Source of the DNA: Octopus vulgaris
Taxonomy: Eukaryota
Assembly (NCBI GenBank): GCA_951406725.2
Contig: OX597822.1
Coordinates: 89,652,001-89,716,000, forward strand
Direction: 5' to 3'
Length of the DNA: 64,000 nt
A program made the translations under genes and the position numbers. The notes beneath the pieces are model-generated. The model had not been told where the DNA came from and searched no databases. It worked only from the letters and a program-made list of their open reading frames with translations. Positions 26,667 to 39,320 of this stretch are shown piece after piece (positions within the stretch are counted from its first letter, which is position 1; every line of letters starts with the position of its first letter).

Positions 26667-29600
26667 TTAAACAGGTTCTTTCACTCGCAACATACTTGCT
26701 ATATACTTCCATCTTTTACGAAACATACTTTGTGACAGGCATTTCTTCTCCAGCTTTATTTTCCGTTTCATGTGGAAAACGAAAAAGTCGATTAGCTCGA
26801 GACTGGAGATAAACATGCCTGTTGCAATTCCTTTCACTCTCGTCTTCCATACTACTTCTTTCACCATAGCAACTACCGAGAGAAAACAGGCTCGCTCCTC
26901 CCTATTCAGGGAGATCGGCGGAACTATCTTAATTACAGATTCGCTCGACAGTTGTACTCTTCTCGAATGCGACAGCAGGTGTTCAACATAAGCCCAGAGT
27001 TCAGTCACCTTGGGGCATTGCACAATCGCGTGCAGGACAGTTTCACTGTCCCTCTCACATCTTGCACAAACTGGCGAAGGTGCACACCCATGTCTAAAGA
27101 GCTTATCTCGAACCGGTAAAGCTCCTCTGTAACATTGCCAGGCCAGGAACTTTTGGTAATTATCCATAGGCCCCGGACTGAATGTTCTTTGGAACAGGCT
27201 GGCCAGTTGATTTTCGTCGAAGCCCAGGGTTTCTCCCAGGACGTCGTCACACTTAAACTCTACTAACCCTCTATAGAAGAACGAGGTAGTACCCCTGCCA
27301 CCGGCGTTGCCCGACTCGGAGAGAAGCACGAGTGCCTGATGGCACTCTACATGCCACACGCCCAACCTCGGTCTACACTTGATCCATGGGTTCAGTTTGG
27401 TAAGCGATGTGAACTGTGGAAATAATAGCTTGACGAACGGAGACCACACCTGCTCATTGTCCAGGTAAAGCCAAAGGTGCCTAAGCCTGAGCGCATTTTT
27501 ACCCACGGCATCCCTAACCCCCACTTCAGCGGCTATTGGCAGCAAATAGAGCACCTTACAAGAGGTCTGCTGCCCCTCCACAAAAAGCGAAAGAGCATGC
27601 GTTCCAGTTTGTTCAGCCACGAATTGGGGCAAGGCACGACGGTCAGGCGGTAAGTGATTACAGAGGTGATAAACACCTCTGCAACCTCCGCCCTCCCTTT
27701 CAAGGATAGCTTCCGCTCAGACCATGTCTGAGTTAGGAGAGCCACCTTTCTTGCCACCTAGCTCCAGTTCTTCTCTATCTGAAGATCTGGACCTAACCAG
27801 ATTCCAAGCATTTTCACTGGTCCTTCCGTCCAACGTCCTACGACGCTGTCCGAAGTCATCGACTTGCCCCTCTAGGTGCCGAGTTGCAAGCCGACCGATT
27901 TATCCCGGTTGACTTTCGCTCCTGCCACCACTTCGTAGTCCCTTAAGGCCTCACCCACCCACTGTAGGTGCTCAACTCGGGAAACGATGACGGTGATGTC
28001 GTCTGCATACGCCGAAGCTGACTTTCCACACCCTAGATCTTGCGGAGTGCCTCTCATAGTTTCCAACCTCCTCAGCAACGGCCAAAACGTAGAGAAGCAG
28101 GGAGAGACAACACCCTTGACGTACCGAACGTTCAATGCTGAACGGCTCCCAAAGGAAACCATTTACCCGAACTACCAATTCGATGTTGCTGTATAAAGCG
28201 ATGATCCATCCGCGGAAGGTCGGGCCGAAGCCAGCTGCCGCGAGGACCGCCGCCAGATACTGATGGTCCACCCTATCAAATGCTTTCGATTGGTCCAAGT
28301 GGACCATAACCCCACCCTTGCCAGGAATCCTATTTACCCTTTCTAAGGCATAGCGTAAAAAGTGGAGATTGTCATGGATGGTCCTTCCAGGGATGGCGCA
28401 AGTTTGTGCCTCGCCAACAAATTCACCCACGACCCACGCCAACCTTTTTGCTAAGACCTTGGCCAAAATCTTCAGCTCTGCATTAAGCAGAGTGATGGGC
28501 CGAAAATTATCAATTAAATCCCCCTTGTTTGGGTCCTTTCTTAACAGCGCTACCACCCCTCGGCTCACAGACTTAGGAATTCTCCCGTTCTGCTGCCAGT
28601 TGGTGTACACGCATGCATGTAGGTGCCCAAACAAGTCTGGCATGCTACTATAGAGTTCGTAAGGCAGACCATCGAGTCCCGGCAATTTGTCCCCGCCGCA
28701 GTCTGCCAACATATCCTCGACTTCTTTGGCTGTGATCGGCACCTCACAAGATTCCGCGAACCATCTAGGAAGTCTGCGAGCTTCTCCCCGCGCTCCTTCC
28801 GAATAGCTGGGCGAAATGATCATGAAACACCTTGCACATCTCCTCGGGTTCGTTTACTAATCGACCATTTGGGCCAGTCAAGGATCGAATGGTTGAGTTG
28901 TTGCCACGCTGGCCCTCTACCACCCGGCTGCGTTGATCCCTTCCTGTCTCATTGCACGGATCTTAGCCCTAACAATGCACCCTTCATGTTTAGCTTTGAG
29001 ATGTTAGTCGAGTGCTAACCTCGCCGCTAACACTTTCGATGCACTACCTGACCTCATTGCCTTAACTAGTTCCTTTTCTACTTTGTTTCTAGCACTAGCT
29101 AGTTCTTTGCTAAACCTAACTGACTCAAATTTGATGGTTCTTTTCAGGGCGTACCACCATTTGTTGTTGATAATGGATCCGGTTAACGCCCTCATTACTA
29201 ATTGTTTAATCCGATTCCTGTAGGCTTCACAGTCCAATAGTGACTTGTTTAGCTTCCAGTAACCCTGGTACCTCGTCTACACATGCTATCTATGTCGAGC
29301 GTACAGGTCACTAATTTGTGATCGCTATAGCTGACGATATGGTGTGTGGACAGCTAAGTATTTTCTTATCTTTCCTTCTAGTTATGATTCTATCAATGTA
29401 AGATCTGGACGACCCGTCGTTTCTTGCCCAGGTCCACGCTGGAGTATCTGGGTGGTCCAGTCTGAATCTATCTGCCAATTCGAAACGACTTAGCATATCG
29501 TTGAGGTGAGGTAATCCCCTCCTATTCTTTCTCGAGCCAACATAATCTACGCTTGCATCGCAAATTATGTTGAAGTCACCAAGCAATACTAACGTGTTCG

Positions 29601-29999
29601 ACGTGCCAAGAAAATTCTCTAGGCTTTTGAAATACTCTTTCTGCCCGGCTTTTCCTTCGCAGGGAGCATAGACAGCGACCAGCCTGAACACTTTACCACT
29701 GCTGTGCGTCACATCCAAAACGACCAACCTGCCTTCGGATCTATAAAGACAGTTCTAATCTCTAAATCCAGGTTTTTCCTGACCAGCACTGCCACTCCTC
29801 CTCCCCCTCCAGGTCGACAGGGAGAAATGTATTTCTCATAGCCGTTTAGAAGGGGCGAAAAAGCCTGCAGCCCACTCAGTCTGGATTCGGTAATTACCAC
29901 TATATCCAAACGATGCGACCTAAGGTCGTTAAGGAGGTAGCCTTGCTTCCAATACGACCCCAGGCCGCGAATATTCATACAACCGAGTTTAAACGAGAA
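26667..29999 (-). pseudogene. Tx1 ORF2 (APE endonuclease, reverse transcriptase, C-terminal CCHC/zf-RVT), multiply frameshifted
   Basis: MNIRGL, VITES, VYAP, LLGDFN, YIDRI, SDH, GYWKLN, PGLDGLP, FRPITLLN, LDQSKAFDRV, SVRQGC, AYADD, CARC...ETVLHAIVQC spread over several frames. Confidence 0.92.
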
Positions 30000-30320
30000 T
30001 GTGAAAGATTAATCGAATGTTTAAAACTTACTGTTTTAACAGAAGCGAGGGTGTAGTTTCACCCTCATCTTTTCTGTCTGTGAGTGTTGTGTTTTGCGAG
30101 GTCAGTTTTTTTTGCGAATTGCTTGTACAGATGGCTTGAAAAGTTCATCTGTAACGGGCCTACATCCTCCGCAAAAGATTTTTTAAATCAAAATAATCAG
30201 CGTTATCTATTGTATAAAATTCTACAATTTCAGATATAGTACTATTTATATCTGTTACGATATATTTTTTCGCCGATTTCAGTAAAATAATTTTTTCTCT
30301 TAATGTGTTATTGTTTTTAT

Positions 30321-31595
30321 TTATCGCCGTGAGGGTCTTTTTTTTTTTTTTTTGTTAGGCGATTGTGTGTGTGGGGTGTTTGTGGGTGTGTGTGTCTGCT
30401 TGTAGAAGCGTGGGTGTTTGTAGGTGTGTGTGTGTGTTTGTGTGTGCTTTTTCCTGTGTGTGTTTTTTTTGGCTACGTGTGTGTTTGCGACTGTATTTGT
30501 GGGTGTGCTTGTCTGTCTCGGAGTATAGTCCTGTGTATCCGAAGAGGGTGGATTTTTCCGTTTCCGTCTTCTTTTTGAAGGTTCTATGGTGACCCACTCC
30601 TGGATGTTGTTGTTGTTTTCTCCCGTTGTTGGCTGAACTTCGGCAATTGGGGTGCGCGACGTGGCTGCTATTTCTAGCAGTGTAGTAGTTGTTTTCGGCG
30701 TCGTGCTTGCCTCTGCAGTATTTTCTTTGGCTGTCTTCTTGCAGCTCGACCTTATGTGGCCTTTCTCGCCATATTTATAACACCTAGGCTTTCTTCCCTC
30801 GACTATTACCATCATGCTGGTATTATCTCCAATGGTGAGGGGGCTGGGCAATTTTTCCAAGTCCGAGGGGTTTGCTTGGATCACAAGCTCTAAGTCTTGT
30901 CCATACCAGGTCGTGGGGCGATATCTCTTAGACTGAAGAATGGCAATTTCTTCCTCTTTGCCTAAGAGAATCGCTGCTATTATAAAGTCCACATCTATTT
31001 CGGGCGGAATGTCCGTGACTGTTATCCTGGAAGTTCTCATTCCTAAATAAAACGGTAAAAGAACTACCTCGTCTGACATCAACGTTCTTGTTGAATGTTC
31101 CCTAGCTATTTCTTCGCTAGGGAAACGCACCTCTACCGTGCCGAAGCGACTACCCCTTGTTATATAAATAGTTTGTTGCCATATCGGCCTCAAACATTTT
31201 TCTATGGCTTCTCTCTGCACGAAGTCAATTTTCCTATTTTTCACATTATATGTCTTGTATATGACAGTTTTTCTCTCCGTCGCGTAAATTAATTCACTGG
31301 GGGGGAACAACTTCACATTACCATCTTCTTTTTTTAATAAACTTTGATACTTCTTTAATCCTTCTTTGTTAATAACGATGTTTTCACAGGGGCGAGTTGC
31401 TGCACTCGCAAAATTTATTTTGGCCTTTTCTTGTCGTTTACTAGCTTCGCCAGACATTTTCTCTTCTGCTTTTGTAACGCGCGCGTGAGACGCCTCTTTA
31501 CTTTTACCTTCCTCCTCCCGCATTTTCGCCTTCATGTCTTCAAACAAATTTTCAAAGTTTTCCTCCGACTCGGAAGAAATTGGTGGCAAATTCAT
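30321..31595 (-). CDS. Tx1 ORF1 (gag-like nucleic-acid-binding protein)
   Basis: Open frame from MNLPPISSESEEN; RRM-like middle region, degenerate knuckle CYKYGEKGHIRSSC (second Cys is Tyr), basic low-complexity tail. Confidence 0.85.
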   Translation of the reverse strand: MNLPPISSESEENFENLFEDMKAKMREEEGKSKEASHARVTKAEEKMSGEASKRQEKAKINFASAATRPCENIVINKEGLKKYQSLLKKEDGNVKLFPPSELIYATERKTVIYKTYNVKNRKIDFVQREAIEKCLRPIWQQTIYITRGSRFGTVEVRFPSEEIAREHSTRTLMSDEVVLLPFYLGMRTSRITVTDIPPEIDVDFIIAAILLGKEEEIAILQSKRYRPTTWYGQDLELVIQANPSDLEKLPSPLTIGDNTSMMVIVEGRKPRCYKYGEKGHIRSSCKKTAKENTAEASTTPKTTTTLLEIAATSRTPIAEVQPTTGENNNNIQEWVTIEPSKRRRKRKNPPSSDTQDYTPRQTSTPTNTVANTHVAKKNTHRKKHTQTHTHTYKHPRFYKQTHTPTNTPHTQSPNKKKKKRPSRR

Positions 31596-31814
31596 GTTTT
31601 TCGTCGCTTCCCCCGTGAAACAAGGGGGAAAACAGCAAAATTCTGATGCAACAGCAGAAAAGAAGTGGTCTCGACGACCAAAACAGCAAATTTTCAGCAC
31701 AAAAACAATCTTTCATTGCGGAGAAAAAGAATAACACGACTGATCAGAGAGAGAGAGAGAAAGAGAGAGAGAGAGTCTAATATTGATAGAATTTTAAAAA
31801 TAAACGGAAATAAT

Positions 31815-31850
31815 ATAGACGCATGCGCACTCGTAGGACCCGGAAGTATT
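31815..31850. promoter_or_regulatory. Putative MPLKIP proximal promoter (NRF1-like and ETS-like motifs)
   Basis: CGCATGCGCA at 31820-31829 and CCGGAAGT at 31840-31847, ~100 bp upstream of the ATG, in a locally CpG-rich region. Confidence 0.6.
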
Positions 31851-31947
31851 AGATTTTTGTGTGAATTTCTTTATGTTCCCAAATTGAATTTGATATTTAT
31901 CATTGTCAGGATCATATTTACCTATCCTTAAAATAATTGTATAAATC

Positions 31948-32394
31948 ATGGGAGAGTCTCCTAGTTGGGGTTCACCCGCATTGTTTAACGTCAGTCGTGG
32001 ATCGAGTGATGATAAGTTTGGAGTTCCAAATACTGTTAGTGGAGACAGTCCTGCAAGTGGAGGAAGCCCTTCAAAATTACCATGGGGTTCGCCTTTTTCA
32101 CCAAGTAACCAGTCATATGTTTCGCCTTTTTGCTCCTCGAGTCCTAATCTATCGTCCACTGATTCGGGTCGATCCCTTGGACATGACAATCGCAGTGGAA
32201 ATCATTATTTTCAACAAAGACATCCTCATCGAATAAACTCACCAATTTCAACCCCTTACAATTGTCGCAACCCCTTGCTTCCTCCACGTTCTGCTTACCC
32301 TCATTACCAACAAGATCAAAATTGTCATATTCCTCGATGTCCTGCAACTAGAAACGACAGATACTCCCGTCAGAGTACTCCTTATAGTTCTAAA
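31948..32394 (+). CDS. MPLKIP: M-phase-specific PLK1-interacting protein (TTDN1), exon 1
   Basis: ATG in ATCATGG context, 149 codons rich in SP/TP, G and R, ends AAA|GTAGGT in phase 0. Confidence 0.8.
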
Positions 32395-33254
32395 GTAGGT
32401 ATTTACTTTTTTTTTCTTTGACGTTTCATTTTCTTTTATAAAGAATATTGAATGAGAAGTCGGACTATCTTTTGGAAATTCTCAATAACCTTATATTGCA
32501 TTCGTCTTTATTTTAAAATAATTTTAACTGAAAAAAAAGTTGTTGTGTATGCTCGTGCGCGCGCAAACACGTACATATATGTGTATATATATTGTGAGTG
32601 TTCAATAAAATTACAGAACGCATTCAAAGAATTAAGTTTTAAGATCTTCGAGTAAGTATAGTTTTAGTAGTTATATTCACCCCGATTACTGTTTCTTGCT
32701 GTCTATCAAACATTTATGACTCCAGTAGTCAATTAGAGGGTCAGAAGTTTCACTTCGTGTATTTTCCATTCATATTTTTGGGGTGGGTGGGGGGAAGCAT
32801 AGAAAGGGATTATGAACGAGTGAGTAGATGTGTGTTAGATGAGCCATATGTGAAACTTGATATTCATTGTAGATCACCCGAGAAAACAAGTGGTTATAAG
32901 AAGATTTAAAAAGCAGCATCGAAAGTCGAAGATACTTAACAATAGCTTGCAATAGGAAAAAAGAAATTAATAAAATTCGTAAATTATACCTTACGATCTT
33001 ACTTTTGAACTAAAGTTCGTGATTTGATGGGAATTGTAACGTTTTACACAAACTGATCCTTGGATGGATTCGGAAAAAATCTTTGAATAAAACATTTTTC
33101 AAGCAAAATATTGGAAGTGGTGGTGGATTCTCTGTCGGCTTCGATGATTAACATTGAATTATTCTGTTAACTTGTGAAATGAACATAAGGCCAAATTAGT
33201 ACGACATAATGCGTGACAAGATTGCAATTTTGAATTCCAGTTTAGAGAAGAATC

Positions 33255-33420
33255 GGTTCCAGTATTAGAGTAGTGCTTTATTTATTGACTCCGAACATTT
33301 GAAAGGCAAAGTCGACTCGGCGAGATTTGAACCAAGAGCTTAGTGAGCTGGAACGATTACCACCATCCATTTTAGTTGACTACTCTTACAACTCAACTAA
33401 CTTGTCACCTTGTAAAGATT
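33255..33420 (-). mobile_element. Degenerate SINE family B
   Basis: GAAAGGCAAAGTCGAC.CGGCGAGATTTGAAC core. Confidence 0.7.
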
Positions 33421-33855
33421 CTTTAATAAAATTGTACTCTTTCACTGCGTAGTATTATAGTAAACTAAAGACAAATAATAAATTAATGCAATTCGACGAA
33501 ATTGGGAATGTATAAAACATGTTGCTTCACATGAAAAACCGAAACGAAAACAGAATAGCGTTTACTACCGACAGTTGTGATGCTGGGCTTGCAAATGTCC
33601 TTAATTTATATTATTTACTGATTTTTTTGTTCAGAAAATTTTAATATTTACTTATTAGTTTTATATTAATCACAGAGATTCTGGGTTAGGGTAATGTAGG
33701 AACATTACATTTACACGTGTTTTTAGCCCCCACGCAACAAAAACATTATGAACAAGAAAAATAAGTATTTGTTAACTTAGGATTCAGTGACTAATTATTT
33801 GGCGGACAAATTACTTGAACTTGCATTGCAAAGTATTTTCTTTTTCTACTTTCAG

Positions 33856-33963
33856 GTCAGTTTTAATAACAGCAGATCTTTCAGTGATGATAATATTGCA
33901 AATTATTTTAAGCCATCTATGCTAGAAGATCCTTGGAAAAATTTGAAGTGTAAGTTTAGATAA
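33856..33963 (+). CDS. MPLKIP: MPLKIP exon 2
   Basis: ttcAG acceptor, VSFNNSRSFSDDNIANYFKPSMLEDPWKNLKCKFR*; YFKPSMLEDPW is the family signature; joined protein 184 aa. Confidence 0.9.
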   Translation, partial: VSFNNSRSFSDDNIANYFKPSMLEDPWKNLKCKFR

Positions 33964-34177
33964 TAATAATTATAATTATAAGCAATTTCAATATTTTAAG
34001 AAAAAGTTTAATTTTGACCTTTGATATCTTCAGTTACAGGCAATTTTTTTTATTGAATTTGAAATAAGAACATTAAGTACCAATCATGGCAACTTTTGTA
34101 AAGAATGGGTTTAGTTAATTGAATAAGTCCTTGTATGTTTTAATTTTCTTTATATATAACGTTTATAGGTCCTTTGA

Positions 34178-34980
34178 GTTTGATGCTGTTAATGTTCCTT
34201 TTAAACTTTAGCAGGTCAACACCTGCAGAAAAGACATGAGAAGGAAGAAGATTCCAGAGGGAAGATGTAATTGGAAGGAAGGGCTGAGTGTAATGGTTAA
34301 TGTGGAGTAAGTGGGATAGTATGAAACTAGTCAGCTTTGAGAAACAGGAATCATTATAGTAGTGATAAAAAGGGGAGACAGCAAATCTGAGGATCAGAAC
34401 CTGGAGTGTGTCAGTGATTTAATGCCAATCAGTTAAGTGACCTTTTTCTGGATCTGTCTATGTAGCAGTAGCACCATCCTAGATGTAAGAGCAGTACACC
34501 ATTGTGGCCCTCAGTCAAGCCTTACTGAGTGCCAATAATTATTGTGACTGAAATATATTCTGCTCTGAAAAGAGGGGCCAGTCTTCACATCCTTATTAAG
34601 GATGTGCTTTTACCAGACAAGATCTTTGGTGATAGTGAGGCCTGCATTTAGAGTGACCATGAGGTCTTTACCTTTGTGCTTAGAGAGGTGTGTGGTGATG
34701 TTTTGTTAATTTTTTTTTTTTTCTATTAAAAAGATTGATACCTCCACTATCACCACCACAACTGGAGGATGCTTTTTGTGAAGTCACTGCAAGTTTGGCA
34801 TGTAGATGAAGCATGTTTGGGAAAGGTTAGAGAGAAATGAAAGGTTATATCAACGGCATCAAGGTGGGAATTGTTGGATGTGGTGACAAATAGTTCATTG
34901 CTTATTTGTGCTGGTGATATGATAAATGAAGTGAAACTTCTAAACTGTCTAAAGCTGTTGTGTGCATCAGTATCATTGCC
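34178..34980 (-). mobile_element. Degenerate CR1-group LINE 3' fragment
   Basis: Minus strand TQPFLPITSSLWNLLPSHVFSAGVDLLKFKRNINSI, typical CR1/Zenon-like C-terminus. Confidence 0.65.
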
Positions 34981-37900
34981 CTAAATAAAATAAAGCCTAA
35001 AAAATTATGAAAAGTTTAGAGGGAAAAGTAAAAGGACACTAATGATAAAATGTTTTCATAATTAAATTTCAGAGTAGTAAAGAGGTGTTGTCTGACAGGT
35101 TTTTGGTTGAACATATTGGTATTCTATATAAATAGAGCAAGAATGTGAAGATCAGAATATTTTAAGAAAAAGTTAGTTTTGACTTTTAATGCTTTCAATT
35201 ATAGACTATTTTTGTTGAATTTTGTCTAACTTTAAACTAAAACATGATGTACTAATCATGGCAAACTTTTGTAACATATGGGTTTAGTTAATGAAGTTTC
35301 AATATGTTTTTTCTTTTATATTTTCTGAATCTGGAGGAATAGAAAGTGCCATGACTTTTATAGGTCCATTGAGACTGTTCAGTTAATGTATTGGATAAAA
35401 ATGCAAAATTTAAGATTAACAACCCAGAAAACAAGCATTGCGGAGAAGAAAAATACTTCTCTGTATAAATCTTTCATCTAAAGAAGTAGTAGAGAACTTC
35501 TTTTTAGTACCTTGAGTAAATTGGTGTTGAAAAAAATAATGAATCTTAAGTTTCACAAATTCATAGATTTGAAATTATATTAAATTAATTAATAAATTAT
35601 ATTAATAAATCAATAAATTATATTAAATTAATTAATGCATTTTTTCCAAATGGACTTTTAAAGACTTCATCTGTCAGTGGTCTTCCAAATCAATCTAAAG
35701 TATATTTCTTGTAAAATCTCCCTGAAAAATGAAACAAACTAATTTCATTTTTGAGCTTCATTTAGAATTTAACATCTAAAACTTTTCTATTTTTCAGCTT
35801 TGAATGAAAAAGAAAAGGCTGTTTGATTCTTACCTTCTTGATTAGTCAAGCAATTTTTCTTCATTCTCTAACACTGCCATCATTTTCAACTTAAAGTCTT
35901 TCAACAGTTTTCTTAATGAACAATACTGAGTAATTCTTTGATATATGTTTCTTTGCTTTAGTTGAAAGAAATCATCATTTTACATATTTTAATAATTGAC
36001 TTTTACTGGCCAAAAGTCATACAGACTTCAAAACATTCTGTGTCATTTTACAACTTTTCATTGTCTTAAATCCATTATATTGACAGACATAAAGAGTGAT
36101 ATTTTTTGAACGGCTCATTGAATTCAAACATCACTTCTTCAGTAGGCAGCATTGCTAATATGAGAAGCAGCAACATTTATTGTGCTTGTATAAATATTTT
36201 GTTGATAATGTTAGGATAGCTCCAGTTATTGTCATTTTGTTATGTTAAAAGAAATTCCTCTATTTAAATTCAGATATTATAGTGACCAGTTTGATTTATC
36301 TAGCATGTAGGGTGTGGTTGCTCAACTTGCTAGAAAAAATAACCAAATTACACCCTGTGAGCTTAAGAAGGAAGGGCACATTGCATTGTGTTAAAACATG
36401 CTCCTAAAAAGAGTGGTCCTGGTTAAATTACTATTTTTGTCAATATCTGAACTTTGCAGAAATACACAACACTTGCGAGTGGAAGTTGCATATCCCAGAA
36501 AAATTCAAGAGGAAATGTTAGGTCATTTTATATAATAAACTTTCGTGTCTATATTACTAAGTCAGATTTACAGCAACAGTTGTCTTCTATTATTGAAGAG
36601 GTATGCATCAAAATATGTCGGTGTTTTTGTGTAAATGAGTATGATACTTTCCCTACAAACTCTTCACTCTATTCTTTTTGACACAGCTGTTTGCTTTCTG
36701 TAAGATACGAAGATGGGGTGAATAAAAAATAACTATATCTAATGACATAGCATTGGCTCTCCTTGTAGGAATAGTGAGAACATTTACTTGTTTAAAGATA
36801 TATATTTATTTTTCAAGTATCATTTAATTTCTCGGTATAATGGCTACTAGAAAATTAAAAAAGAAAAATAGAAAACAAGATTATCACTTTTTTTTTTTCA
36901 AAGAATTTGTATATTTCTTGTTTTCAGATTTGTATATTCTCTAAAATTCTGTGTTTTAATTTACCTAAATACCCATTTTAGCATTTAAGTATTTTGAGTT
37001 TACCAATTAATTGCATGTTGGTAAGATTACATTATTGATGACATATTAATTTCACAATTGCTATTTTTTATTCACTGAAATTTATAGAGTAGTTAAGAAA
37101 TTAGTATTATGTATTATTTTCCTTCTCACAAAAATAATGAGTGCCAGCAATTTCTTTATTAAGAAATTGAAAAAAAAATCAAACAGTTTGATATATTTAC
37201 TGCATGTCACTGCCAAAAGGAAATTGATTTAATTTTTGATATATTGTAAATAAATATTTTTTTTTATGAACATGAACTATTTGTTTCTGAGGTTTGTGTA
37301 TCTTGATGAAACCGAAGTAAATAAAAAGGCATATTATTGTAAATACATTTATAAGCAATAAGTTATAAATAAATCTATACACTGTGTTACATATATTGTG
37401 GTTTTATTGTTGAGTTTTCACAGTGAAATTTTGCACTGGGGAGTGACATCATGAATTACTCTGTATGTATCAGCTCTCAATATATAACAAGTTTCAAGTG
37501 TTTCTTGATAATGTAACTAAAACATACCAGAAAGACTAAACCAAACTACTTTTAATGATTCATTGAAAGTGGTAAGTACACAAAGAATTTAAAAGAAGTC
37601 TTAATATACCTTAGCTCTGGGGAGAAAAATAGAGCAGCAGCTAAAAATTACAATTTTTGTGAAATCTGTAAGAATGCATTGTTTTATGCAGCAACCCATC
37701 AAATCAATATTTACAAGTATCAGGTCACCAAATAATTAGAGCTTGTCAGTACAAGGAATATTTGAAGTTACAGAGTGTAAGCTATCTGAAAAGACTTGGT
37801 GTGTTCTTTAATGCCATAATGGTGATGTGACAGTAGTTTTTATTGCTAAGCTAACACTGAATGAACTAGTTTCATTTTCCTTGCTATGTCTGAAATAGTG

Positions 37901-38064
37901 AATAAATACTTGTAAATTTTTCATCTCTGTACAATTTACATGAAGCTCACCACAAAGCAGAATTCTAATTAGTGATAGCAGTAGTATTCTCTGTTTGTTC
38001 CCGTTATTTTGGAATGTTAAACCATGATCCAGAACCTTTAAGATAGTCATTTGATTTGCTAGAA

Positions 38065-38382
38065 ATCATCATCGTTTAACGTCCATTCTCCATGCTAGCA
38101 TGGGTTGGACAGTTCGACTGGGGATCTGGGAAGCCAGAAGGCTGCACCAGGCTCCAGTCTGATCTAGCAGTGTTTCTACAGCTGGATGCCCTTCCTATCG
38201 CCAACCACTCCGTGAGTGTAGTGGGTGTTTTTTACGTGCCACCTGCACAGGTGCCAGGCGAGGCTGGCAATGGCCACGATCGGATTGGTGCATTTTACAT
38301 GCCACCGGCACGGAAGCCAGTCAAGGCGGCGCTGGCATCGGCCACGATTCGGATAGCGCTTTTTACGTGCCACCGGCACGGA
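38065..38382 (-). mobile_element. RTE LINE 3' UTR fragment (young)
   Basis: Near-identical reverse complement of 42665-42981. Confidence 0.92.
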
Positions 38383-39320
38383 ATATCATTAAAATAAAAC
38401 CATAGAGTTTTAAAAATGGAAAGCTGCTTTGTTGATGTGATCCCACTGAAGAAATCCTTTGTAAACGATGACCTTTCAGAATTTCAGTGTGGCTTTCATT
38501 GAGGTAGAGAAACATCTACTGCAGAAGTGTCTCTTCTTCAGGCCCTTATAAGGTGGTGATAAATGTCAAGACGGCTGTTGTGGGTTAAGCCTAACTGGTG
38601 TGAAATTATTATAGATTAAGTCGGCTGCATGTGTTGTAAACAGGATTTTTTAGAGACGTAGGATATAGAGATGGACTTCTTGTGTCTAAATTCTACAGGC
38701 ATTAATGGTTTACTCAAGAATGAATTAATCTTGAATGAAAATTAGGAGGTGAGTTTATCTAAGTTGATTCAGAAAAAACTTGCATGTGGCGAGAAATGAA
38801 ATGACATATTTTTAACTGCATTTACTCATCTTGGAGATGTGAGACCACCTTATCTTATTGAAGATTTGTCCTTGATTCACTTGGTAAGAGCTAAGGTGAG
38901 TTTTCTTTGGGTACTCTCAAAACTCTGCACTTTTTTTACTGTGAAATTGCTTATCATTAGAGAAAAGAGAGTGAATCACAAGGACATTAACTGTCATTTT
39001 AATTCTATGGTGTGATCTCCTGCAACCAATTTGTCAATAAATAAGGTGTTTCAACTAAAGTTCACCAATGGCACTAACCTGATTATTTAGAAAAAGAGGT
39101 TTGAATTGTAGGGCTCGCAACACTTCCAAATTCTGAGTGAGCCTCTGGGCAAATACAAAATGAAAACACATAGATCACAGGCAATGAATAAACTAAGTCT
39201 ACATACAGTTCTCCAGAAAATACAGTATTTAGTGACTGCAGAATGTGAAGTGAGTAAGTGTATTTGAAGCCAGTTTATATTTTTAGAATAAATATGCTAC
39301 ATAGTAAAGTTATTTTAAAT

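Larger units (their letters stand above)
26438..31745 (-). mobile_element. Near full-length Tx1/L1-clade non-LTR retrotransposon inserted in a (TC)n tract
   Basis: 5' UTR, ORF1, APE-RT-zinc finger ORF2, 3' UTR with AATAAA just before the end; (GA)n on both flanks (26414-26437 and 31746-31775). Confidence 0.93.

Noticed and set aside
31596-31700. N-terminal extension of Tx1 ORF1 given in the ORF track
   Set aside because: Starts at a non-ATG codon; first ATG is at 31595, so this is likely 5' UTR
35570-35640. AT-only palindromic/tandem stretch
   Set aside because: Low-complexity slippage product expected in AT-rich DNA
35640-36180. Minus-strand exon-like segments with AG|GTAAGA donor (~35833) and TTTCAG acceptor (~35722)
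   Set aside because: All frames contain several stops and no recognisable homology; cannot support a gene or pseudogene call
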